NCBI GenBank assembly: GCA_012295275.1
Contig: CM022672.1
Coordinates: 24,552,001 to 24,616,000, forward strand
Direction: 5' to 3'
DNA length: 64,000 bases
Source: Chrysomallon squamiferum
Taxonomy: Eukaryota > Animalia > Mollusca
Shown: positions 1 to 10,862 of the stretch, piece after piece
How the letters are laid out: every line of letters starts with the position of its first letter
Position numbering within the stretch: the first letter of the stretch is position 1
Translations under genes and position numbers: made by a program
The notes under the pieces: model-generated
Database searches by the model: none
What the model was told of the DNA's origin: nothing
What the model saw: the letters and a program-made list of their open reading frames with translations, nothing else

Positions 1-140
1 GGGAAAAAATCCATTTATTTGGTCACAATCAGCCAATAGCATTAATCTGCCAGTGATGAAAGTATCATTAGAAACTGAAATGAGAAGACTTTCATTATAT
101 AATCTCTCTACACCAGTAGCATTCTTTATTTCAGTTAATT
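1..140 (+). CDS. Gene A exon (GAIN region), partial
   Basis: GKNPFIWSQSANSINLPVMKVSL...FISVN, then gtaagg donor; paralogous to 52101-52251. Confidence 0.85.
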
Positions 141-3100
141 GTAAGGCATAAATATAACATAATATAGAGATTTATTTGTTGTGTACAAGTCCCAAGAGAC
201 ATTCAGCATTTATTTACATATATTTTACAAGCATGAAACAGACATACACAGCTAACGTCCTTTTAAACTCAAACAACTATCTGTATTTCAGGATTTCCTA
301 AAAAATAAACACATTTTGTGGTTCTGTGTTATATTTACTTTTAATTACATTTACTCTGAAAACCAAACAAAATTTCAAGAAGTATACACAATCAACTAAC
401 AAAATCAAGTAGTATGTTCTGGAGTGTTTGAGTCTCTTTGAAACAACCATCTAATCAGACTGTTAACTAGAATTCATATATTTTTAAAAAGCATATGTCA
501 TTCAGTTATCTAGATGAAATTGAAAATTATAACAGAAATAGACATACAGATGCATTAGTAGGAATGAGATTTTCAGTTCTGAAAATAAGCAACAACATAA
601 ACATGGATTTATCTAAAAAATATGATGCATGTGGGTCTTTCTGTAGATAATAAATGGATAATAACATGTTTTTATACAAACTTTGATAACAGCATGGTTT
701 AAAATTATTTTTTGAGATTATTATTATTATTTGTATTTTTAAAACAGTTTCAAAAATTCTGCCAGATGATGAGATACATTCTTTAAATGTCACGACTGAC
801 CAAGATGATCATACAATAACATATTCTAATGCCATTCAAATAAAAATTCCAGCAATACATGGGAAAACACAAGTTTTGAAGATTTTTTCTTTAGACAGTT
901 CACTGACACTACAGGTATATGTTGGAAGTAGACAGTTTGATGTCAGCATAGACAATATTGAAAAAAAAGGATTTGAGTGGCCTATTCGTGAAATTGCTCT
1001 TTTGAAATATGAGAACCATAAACAGGATCCTTATTTGTTATTTTTACCTGAAGAATTTCTTGGAGAAAACAAAACTAGTTTTTTTGTTGGAATCCGAGTT
1101 AAGGTAATTTAGATTTTTATTATATATAATTGAAATAAATTTTATGATTATGATATGGTACTGTTATTTATGAATATTATTTTATTATTATTTCCTTTTT
1201 TATTAATATTCATCAGTATGGATTAAAATATTAAAACCATTCGTGCTTGATGATTTTCTGCTGTTAACTGGCAAATACGTTTCTAGAGATGAAACATTTA
1301 AAAAATTTAAAGTCATAAATAAATTTTAAATTATTCATTATTATAGTAAACTATTTAATCATATTAGCATTCAATTTGTAATTATTGTTTTGATAAAATT
1401 TTGTAGTCAAATTTTGAAGTAAAGATTTACAAAAGAACACCAAATTATATTCTGTCTGGAATAATTTTATTATTTATTTCTATGAAAGTTCAATTAAAGA
1501 ACTTTTAATATATTGTAAACTTATTAATAGAACTGTCCCCCATTTATAGGGGACCTTTATAATTCTTGCTTTGCTTAACCTAGATCAGGTTGACAGGATA
1601 TTATTATTAAGAATGGCTTGACTGATCTAAAAAAAATATATATATATATTATATATATTCAGATTTTGTATTTTTCTTTTATTGAATAGCCAGGTCAATA
1701 TCTTAATCTTGGACAGTCAAAAACGGCTTTTGTTTATGTTGGAATACAGACTTTTACAATTGAATGCTTCTTCTGGAATGAAAGGAGAGAAGCCTGGTCA
1801 AAAGAAGGTTGTTTGGTTAGCATTAAATTAATCTGTGTGTTTCGTATTTCAACACTTTAAAATAAATTCTAGCATATAATGCATAAATCAGTATTAATTT
1901 TTAATTTATACATTATTGGCTCTCTATTATATTAAGAAATAAAGAAAAAAATGTGTGTATTAAAAAGATTTAAGGACACTGTTTTCAGTGTTTTCCAAAA
2001 TTAATAATAATTAAATTAAATGCTCTATTTTTTATTTTATTTTTATTTTTTAATATTGTATTTTAAAACTTATAATTAATTGTCTTTAACACAAACATTT
2101 TTGAAAGTAGAAAATGTAAAAATTGTCTTTTTATTTAATACAGCCAGGACCATTTACAACTTTAACCAGTTTACACTGTTGGTGTAATCATCTGACAAGT
2201 TTCTCTGGTGGCATTTTCATTGCACCTAATACAGTGGATCCTGTCGCTGACACTGCCATGTTCTTTACCTTTTTTGATAATCCTGTGGTTGTCACTGTTG
2301 TGGTTGCTGTTTGGATAATCTATTTTTTATTACTGAGTTGGGCTCACAGAGCAGATGCTAAAGATACAAGAAAGGTTAGGAAGAAATAGGTTGATGGATT
2401 TTTCTGCCTAATATAACTGATGTTTTTGTTTCAGAAAACAGTTGCCTGCATTATTTTAGTAAATTTTTTAAAGTTATTAGAACAAAGACGTATTTGATTT
2501 AAATGAGCCAAAAATATGTTTATAATTTTGTAATATGTTTATTTAATCATTTAATCAGTCACTGGTTGGACATTTTTTATAATAAAAAAAACATTTTCCT
2601 GAAACTGATGGTAGTAAATCGTGTTTTTCACAAATCAAATCATGCATTTAATTTTAATGTGTTTATTTTTTTAATTATTTAACAATTTACCAAATTTAAA
2701 GGAAAATTAAAAATACAATTTGGTATTGGTTGTATTTATTGCTTAATAATAAATATTGAAATATCTGACATTTAGAATTAAATATTGTATCTAAATATAC
2801 TTGGTGTGCTAAACCCCTTATCAATGGCCAGCTGGTAACTGGCATGCAAGGATTTATGAAAACTGGTGTATTCCATGTAATTGATTAAGATGTGACTTCT
2901 TAATTGTTTTCTAAGGAAAAAACCCACCTTATTTACATTTAATTCTTGAGATATCAAATAATGAATATATATCATGGAGAGCATTTGAGGTATCACTGCA
3001 ATTAAATCATTTATTGTTTTTGAAAAAATAAATAACATAAATAAAATTTAAAAATGTATTTAAAATTGTGTCATGATAACATTTTTTTGTTTTGACAGTC

Positions 3101-6100
3101 TGGTATCTCAGTTCTTTCTGACAACAGCTCTAGTGACAAGTATACATATTTGATCTGTGTGGTGACAGGATGGTGGCGTCATGCTGGTACTACATCAAGA
3201 GTTTTCATGTATCTCAAAGGTACAAAAGGAAGATCTGCTCGACATGCACTTTATGACCCTGAAAAACATCTTTTCACATCTGGTGCTGAAAACTGGTTTC
3301 TATTCAAGACAAGTTTTTGTCTTGGAGATATTAAATCCATTGTAATCTGGCATGACCATACTGGAGATAAACCATCTTGGTAAGTAGACACACTTTGTAT
3401 GACCCCTCAGAATATTTTAATGTTAACGAAGATGTGAGTGAAGAAATCTGCTGCTATCATTCCCCAATAAACTGTTGCGAAGTACAATTTAAAAACACTT
3501 ATATTCAATAACTAAACATATTTAATAAAACATAGCTTTGTGAAACATTATTATTAGAATAGTAATTATATGTAGTTCACTCTTTATATTTGTTTTTAAA
3601 TGAACACTGAATTATATTGTAACATAAACTAATATTGTATATAATATCACCAGTATGTTGTAGTTTTCCCAAAAATATAAGACATTGTTGTTTTAAGACC
3701 AGTTTTTACCATAAGAATTAATTAGAGTAATTATTCCATGGCCTGTGTTTTTACATGTATACTGACTTTCCTATGAAGTTATTAGAAAACCAGCTTTAAC
3801 TCTAAGTATAACAACCCACACTAATTATAGCATAGTTTTTTCATTTATTCTTATCTGATAGGTTTCTCAAGGAAGTTGTTGTGAAAGACGTTCATACAGA
3901 TGAAAACTGGCACTGTGTTTTTGATGACTGGATCAGTATTGATAAAGGATTTGGAACTCTTACTGCAGAAATTCCAGCCATTGAAGACCATGAATTTGTA
4001 AGCAGGCGTTTTTATTTATTTATGCAGGCATCCAGTCGGAACTTCCGTGATGGACATCTCTGGATTAGCATTTTCTTCAAACCAGCAAAAAGCACATTCA
4101 CTCGCATACAAAGACTGACATGTGCCCTATGTGTTCTTATAACAACAATGTTGACTAATATTATGTATCATGGTATTCCTACAACTGATCCTGAAGACCA
4201 GATAGATTATGGAGATTTTCACCTCTCACTTGTAGACTTTGTTATTGGAATCCAGAGTGCTCTGCTGGTTTTTCCTATCAACATCATAATCATTGTTTTG
4301 TTTACATTAGTTAAACGAAGACCTGATATTGTAATAAAGCATGAAGATGAAGATGAAGATGAAGAAGATGAAAAACAACCCAAGAAAAAAGAAGAAATGA
4401 TTGCCAAAGAAGAAAAAAATGGATGGAAAAATTATAGGTAATTAATTTTGATTTGTATCTTTACATATTTTTATGTATTTTATTATGCCTATTATTCTTA
4501 ACTCTCTCTGTGATGTCTGTAGCTATAGATTGTAAATGTGTTGGGTATATCATCAAACAAACATTTCTCTTTTCCTTCAGTATTATTACATGGCTTTTGT
4601 ATCACATAAATTCAACATGTATAAACATTTTAATTTCTAAATTATGAATTTATTTGTCAAAACTGAATAGTGTCTAAACTGTTGAAGAATAACATAATAA
4701 CATATTAAAGTTAACAATATTTTTTCAAAGCATCTTATTTTTTTTATTGTGCAGCCATAGTGTCCTGATGTTGGATGAAAGCTTCAGCATACTCTTCCCC
4801 TATCTTCCTGTCTTGTGCCATCATCTGCCAGATAGCTCCTTTCCAGTACTCATCTACTTCACTGCTCCATTGTCTTGCTAGTCTTCTTCTAGATTCTTTC
4901 CCTTCATGTGGTTCCCATGTATTCTTCTGCAAAAGTCCACTTCCATCTTCTGTGTTGTTTAATCACATCTGTGATTTTTATGTTTTCGTTACACAGATCT
5001 TAATTTTTGTTTTATGTTTAACATACATTTTTTTCCATCTTTATGCAATAGCTAGTTTGTTCTTTAGTTTAGTTAGTGCCTATGTTTATAGTGTATATCA
5101 CTGCTGGAAGTGAACAATGAACTCTAGACTTCTCTGTTCAGGAAGGTTCCAAGGATCCCCTTGGCAATGTCACAGTGCTTTGCAAATGTAGTTCAGCCAA
5201 CCATTATTCATCTTTGAAACTCCTTGTCTTTGTTTTTTTCTCTGGTGCTGTATTTCTGTCCCAGATACATTGGAACCTCAGAATTCTGTTTGTAAACCGA
5301 ATTGCATGAAATCCAAAGTGATGTCAGACATATGAACACCACTCTCATGTTTTGCAATTATTTCTTTCTTAAACTGTACTGTGATATGTTTATACTTTCC
5401 ACCAGCATTATCACCTTCACTTTTTGTTTTCTTGGGCACCATATTGGATAGGGTATAATAAAAAAAATATACACAGCAGCAACATTTAAAAAAATGCAAG
5501 TGCAATCCCAATCAAAGCTATTGAGCTGCAACTGCATATCAAAGACTAAAGGCCCTAATTCATGATATATATTTGCTATTGGGCATGCCTATAATCCTTT
5601 CTTTGATCTCACTTTCGACATGAGCGTCTATTCTTATCTTTACTAGATGTTAACATCAAAACTGATGTCCAAAGAAAGCTTGTCATGGCACATTGCCGTA
5701 GTTCATAACTTGGGACATTATTTGTAAACCGAGACAAACATTGCCCAATCCGTCGCCGATTTGTAATCCGATTTTTTTCGTGCTTCAAGGCATTTGTAAC
5801 CTGAGGTTCCACTGTAGAAGTATTTCAGTGTTCTCAGTCAGGATATTGCTAACAGACATTTGTAAGTTGTTTTGTAGTATCACTTCTGTTATTTTCATGC
5901 CTCATTTTTCAGTTTCATCAGCTAGCAACTGCAGCATTATTTTCTTGTAGTGTGTAACCATATATGAATAAGTCATCAGAATAATGTTGTAGATTGCAAC
6001 CAAAGATGATGGCATAATCCATCAGAGGAATAGTTAGCATGCTATATTGATAAGTAGGCTAATCCATATATGTAATGAATAATGAATATATATTATCTCA

Positions 6101-6394
6101 AAATCCTGTTTTGCTTTAATAGTTCACATTCTAAAATATATATACAATTTAATTTATAACGGTATTATGACTTGTTGTTAACATATATATTTTATAACTA
6201 AATATGACATTTTATTTTATTTAATATATATATATATATATATATATTTTTCTTTCATTTTACATTTATAATTAAAAAAAGATGATATTGTGGAAAAAGA
6301 AGACATGTCTTTTTGGAAAATTTATTGTAGCAAACTTAAAAGATGAGGTATATTAAAACATGTAATTCAGTTGGTACAATTGTTTGTCTATTAA

Positions 6395-6426
<32 letters not shown>

Positions 6427-7343
6427 TCAGACTACCATGGTATTACATCTACTTTGCATATTTTGTAGCATTTGGAACTTCCATTGTCTGCTCTTATTTT
6501 GTCATGTTATACGGCTTAAAGTATGGCTACCACAAAAGTGTTTCATGGCTTTTTTCTTTTTTCACATCATTCTTAGAGAATGCTTTCATTCTGCAACCAC
6601 TGAAAGTGTTTAGTGTGGCCATCTTGCTGACTCTATTACTTAAACAGACAGTAAAGTATGACACTGGAATAAAGAAAGAAATTGGTATAACTATCTTCTA
6701 TTTTTAAGAATTTATTTATTAATATTATGATTTTCCATTCTTCCCACAATTATGTTGTTCTGATTTTTTGTAGGATGGTTGGAAGTTTATTTTCTGTAAT
6801 ATTAGTGATAGTTACCATGCCTTTCTACAGAAATGTATTAATCTTTTGTCATTTTCATATCTTTTTACCTTACAATATTTTTGGCCAAAAGGTAATACTA
6901 AAATGGATAGAAATATGTGATACATAGATATTTTTATTTGTCATCTAAACTTACAATTTTCAGTAACATTGAAAAAATAAATTTTTTCATAAAATAATAA
7001 AAATAAACTAAACTAAATTATACTGATTTTTCTGGTTAATAGTACTTTTTCCATTATTTAAATTGTACATGATGACTTAGTTGCAATAATATTGTGAAAT
7101 ATTAGTGTTGCATTTCTAGTAATAAAATGATTATTTTGAATAATATTTTAAAAACACATATCACAAAGAACTAAGAGCTAGTTAATACTGACAGGTTAAG
7201 ATAGGTACATTATAGAATTTTATTATCTCAATTTATTTTATTGATGTTTTGGAGTGGGTGGGTTTGTTTGGGATTTATTATACCTGATAATTTTTCTTTT
7301 TAATTATTTATAAGAAAAAACAACAACAACAAAAATTAATAGG

Positions 7344-7388
<45 letters not shown>

Positions 7389-10300
7389 TGAAGAATATTA
7401 AATTTATATACATATATACAAAATAATATAAAATATATTTGATCTGCACTAAATTTCTAATCATCATTTTGTGGTTATTAAAGAAATATTGTCTTATTAC
7501 CAAATAAATTTTAATATTTAAAGTTTGTCTGAACTAAATAAAACAGTTTATTTCAAGCATGCTTTTTGTGGGAATGGTAGAGGAAAGAGATAAGATTTGA
7601 AAGTTACATTTTCTTTATCTTTATATATTAGGCAATATTGACAGAAATGAGTTGTAATATTTTTAAAATATTCCTAATGCATTTATGATTAGTAAATAAA
7701 TTAAATTCTAGATTTAAATTTGTTTTTGTTTTGTTTTTTGCTGTTAAATTTCTATTTTTCTTGATGTTTTATGAATTGTAAAAAATATTATTTCATTTCT
7801 AGTCGTTATTTCTTTTTATACAGAAACGGAAGGAAATATATTTGAACACAAAGACTTACACAAGCGAGAATCAATATTCCTACATAAACTGCATGTACCT
7901 GCTATTTCGGACAAACTCCTGGAAAATGTCCGCATGAAAGTTCTGATGGATCAAAAGACCTGGGACATCCTGATGGAAATTATTCTGTATTTTTCTTTTG
8001 TTATTATTGTGTTACTTGTGGTTCTGGGTCACAGTGATGTAACAGTGTCGTACAGGGTGACTAGAAGTGTTGAAGATATCTTCATCAGATCACATGTAGA
8101 ACCGAACAGACAGTATTTTTATAATGTGAGCTTTAATCTCAGATTTCTCATTTACAATGGAATTTTTTTATTAATATATTGAATATTGTTGTGATCAGAC
8201 AGCAAATTATAATTCATTAACATGCCAAACTGTTAGTATTTTTTATATGTCCAAGCTTTTGGTTGGAGTTCTGGATGCAAATTTGCATTACAGGTTATAA
8301 TCTGATTTTGTTTGTTTTGTTTTTTTTTTTTTTTCCCTAAAGGTGTCTGATGCTAATACCATGTGGCAATATCTAAATGATACATTTTTGGAAAATATTC
8401 TGTTTGGACCATGCAATCCTGTTGCAAATACTGTAGCTTATCTTGTTGGCAGGGCAAGGCTAAGGCAAGTGCGATTACGAAGAGGAGGTAAATATTTCAA
8501 CAGTTTCACATTAAACTATATAATTTACAATTAGTTATTATCAAAAAAAAAAAAAAAAAATAAAAAAAACAAACAGAAAAATAACCTAAATTGGAAAAAC
8601 AATTCCATTACATTTGTTGAAAAAACAACAAAAGCACAGCTATAAACAATGTGCCGAGAAATGTTCAAAGCTACAAATTAACATACTGATGATATCTAAA
8701 TTTGCAAATAATAATTTTATATGTAAGTGTATAATGCAAACCACTGGCCCATAATCTTTTGTACATTTCCAATTTTTTATTAATTATGGAGAATCCATTT
8801 ATAATGGAAAATACAAGATGTTCAAATTTATCTGGAACTCAAGAATAAAATAATAATAGGTTACTGTTGTGAAAAATTTGAGATGATGTTTGTGTCTTGG
8901 ATCAGAAAGGTTCTATATGTTATTTTTCTGTAAGAATTTAAAAATATTGTTTTCCTTACCTTTAGGTATATATTTTGGAAAGTCTTTGGATGCCTTTGAT
9001 TCATTTGACCAGGATATTTAGTGTTTATATTTTAATTTATTACAGACAGATCAGCTGAAATTAACAATACAGTGCTGCATTGAAATACAATAAAAAAATA
9101 AAAATAACAGTAGGTTGCACTAAAATAGACACATAACTGAGTAAACAAGGAAAGTAGGTCTTAAGAGCACCTTTTGGTGCACTTACATTGAAAATGCATG
9201 CAGAGAGAAAAGGAATGTTATTTTTGTATTTTGAAATATTTAAATTTAGCTACAAATTTTATTCATTGTTATTATTTTCCACTAGTTTCTTTATATTTAA
9301 ACTGAATACCTTTTTGCAAGACTAACTGTACAGCATTGCTAAATAATAGCCATTAATATAGAATTATTAGTTTTTGCACTTAATAAATATGGCATGTCCT
9401 TCTCTGTTAATATATATTTTATAACATTCTGAATATTTATAAATGTTTATAGTTCTTTTCTGACATATAACACTATTACAATTCTGTTTTCATTTATATA
9501 CATATATTTCTGGGGGTTTTTAATTATGGTAAATCATTTTAAAAATATTTTGCTTTGATTTTAAATTTTTTCAGGTCCATGTGTAACATTGACTGGAATA
9601 GATCCCAAATTTGAATTCTCTGTTTTGGACCTTGATCAAAGGGTAAACAATTCAAGAAAATGTTACGGAATCTTTCGTTATGACTTTGATGACAGGGGAA
9701 TGTATGACACAAACTGGCAACCTACAAATTTTACCAACACATCATCAATATGGAGATTTCAATCAAAATTTAAACTTGGCCCACTACCAATGAGAGCAAA
9801 AATGGGAATCTATCCAGGTGGAGGTTATGTTGTGGAATTACCAAGGAATCCTTTTGAAGGGCAAAAGGTTATAGAAGAAGTACGTAAAACTAAATGGATA
9901 GACAGACAGACCAGAATTGTATTTGTGGAATTCACTCTTTTCAACCCAAATGTACAGTTGTTTACTGTGGTTGTACTTATGTTTGAATACTCAAACACAG
10001 GTTTTGTGTTTCCTTATCATCATATTTACACAGCAAACTTCTATCATTACCAGAATGAGTTTGAAACATTTGTTGCTGTTTGTGAAGTTCTCTTTGTTAT
10101 ATATTTACTTTCTTTCACTTACATGGAAATCAAACGTTTTCTCAATATGGATGTTAAAGAGTATTTCAAAGATACGTGGAGTTATGTTGAAATTGTCATA
10201 TTGGCATTGTCATATGTAACTATAGGTCTATTTATAAACCGTTTTTTTCTCTGTAATAATCTAATGGGTGAATTTAAAAATAATGATTTTGAAACATTTG

Positions 10301-10848
10301 TTGGTTTCTATACAGCAGCATTTTTTGATGCTTTACTTACATATGTATTTGCTTCATTAATTCTCTTAACAATAATTAAATTCTTTAAACTTCTTCGCTT
10401 TAATGTGAGATTGTCAATGCTTTCGGAGACACTAAGAGCTGGAAGAGGAAAGTTGACTGCTTATTCTTTTGGCCTTTTTGGTTTTACCATGGCATTTTCA
10501 ATATTTGCTCTCCTTTGTTTTGGATGTGTACTTGAAGGATACAAAAATTATCAATCCACAGTTGTGACTTTATTTCTTTTTATGCTTGGAGAGTCTGATT
10601 ATTTTGGTCTTTATGAAGCAAATTCCATTCTTGGCCCAGTATTTTTCTTTTTATTTGCATTGACCTTTCAGTTTATATTGTTGCAGTATTTTATCACCCT
10701 TCTTATGGAGTCATTCCATGCCACTCGAATGAAGATTGCCTCTGTGGAAACAGAGGTTCACATGGTACAGTACATAATGAAGAGATTTCGTTTGCTAACA
10801 ATGACTAACCAGCAGCCGAAACGACAGAAAATCTATCATGCATTCTGA
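1..10848 (+). CDS. Gene A: polycystin-1-like (PKD1L/REJ family) 11-TM receptor-channel, 5'-truncated by the window edge; 10 exons
   Basis: Exons 1-140, 748-1103, 1690-1815, 2144-2374, 3099-3379, 3862-4437, 6431-6684, 7824-8125, 8343-8487, 9575-10848, with GT-AG introns and compatible phases. Motifs: GPS (CFFW..W..GC / CWCNHLTSF), PLAT (VVTGWWRHAGTTSRV..WHDHTG..PSWFL), HLWISIF..FTRIQRLTC, polycystin GGYVVEL..WIDRQTR.VFVEFTLFNPN. Confidence 0.93.
748..1103 (+). CDS. Gene A exon (GAIN region)
   Basis: acag acceptor, aag|gtaatt donor; 356 nt, same length as paralog exon 53013-53368. Confidence 0.88.
1690..1815 (+). CDS. Gene A exon (GPS N-half)
   Basis: PGQYLNLGQSKTAFVYVGIQTFTIECFFWNERREAWSKEGCL; not in the ORF track. 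Confidence 0.9.
2144..2374 (+). CDS. Gene A exon (GPS cleavage motif + TM1)
   Basis: HCWCNHLTSFSGGIFIAPN...NPVVVTVVVAVWIIYFLLLSWA. Confidence 0.92.
3099..3379 (+). CDS. Gene A exon (PLAT/LH2 domain)
   Basis: YLICVVTGWWRHAGTTSRV...IWHDHTGDKPSW, gtaagt donor. Confidence 0.92.
3862..4437 (+). CDS. Gene A exon (PLAT end, TM2-TM3)
   Basis: FLKEVVVKD...DGHLWISIF...FTRIQRLTC...FPINIIIIVLF. Confidence 0.92.
4744..5960 (-). mobile_element. Degraded RTE-clade LINE 3' remnant, interrupted by a MITE
   Basis: Minus-strand translation resembles the RTE ORF C-terminus (KITDVIKQHRRWKWTFA; WEPHEGKESRRR..RQWSSEVDEYW..WQMMAQDR..YAEAFIQ), followed by an A-rich tail. Upstream boundary is approximate. Confidence 0.6.
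5268..5814 (-). mobile_element. Internally deleted pogo/Tigger-like DNA transposon (MITE-like)
   Basis: TA|CATTGGAACCTCAG at left and CTGAGGTTCCACTG|TA at right (CAGTGGAACCTC-type TIR, TA TSD). Carries a transposase N-terminal HTH fragment MVPKK...KHITVQFKKEIIAKHESGVHMSDI. Confidence 0.75.
6431..6684 (+). CDS. Gene A exon (TM4-TM5)
   Basis: LPWYYIYFAY...YGLKYG...WLFSFFTSFLENAFILQPLKV; poly-T acceptor. Confidence 0.92.
7824..8125 (+). CDS. Gene A exon (TM6/S1)
   Basis: ...DILMEIILYFSFVIIVLLVVLG...; paralogous to 58739-59031. Confidence 0.9.
8343..8487 (+). CDS. Gene A exon (polycystin TOP domain start)
   Basis: MWQYLNDTFL...LVGRARLRQVR, matching the polycystin RLRQVR motif. Confidence 0.92.
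9575..10848 (+). CDS. Gene A last exon (TOP domain + polycystin cation channel S2-S6)
   Basis: Long ORF with GGYVVEL, WIDRQTR, FVEFTLFNPN, IKFFKLLRFN and pore MLGESD...LGPVFFFLF; stop TGA ends at 10848. Confidence 0.95.
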
Positions 10849-10856
10849 GATAAAAT

Positions 10857-10862
10857 AATAAA
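10857..10862 (+). promoter_or_regulatory. Possible polyadenylation signal of gene A
   Basis: AATAAA just after the stop; such hexamers are common in AT-rich DNA. Confidence 0.25.

Noticed and set aside
9917-10219. Alternative-frame ORF conserved with 60254-60481
   Set aside because: By-product of nucleotide similarity between the paralogous channel exons; no independent coding signal
9589-10848. Stand-alone single-exon PKD2/TRPP channel gene (also 59911-61179)
   Set aside because: The ORF starts at TTG just after a splice acceptor and is in phase with upstream GPS/PLAT exons, so it is the last exon of a PKD1-like gene
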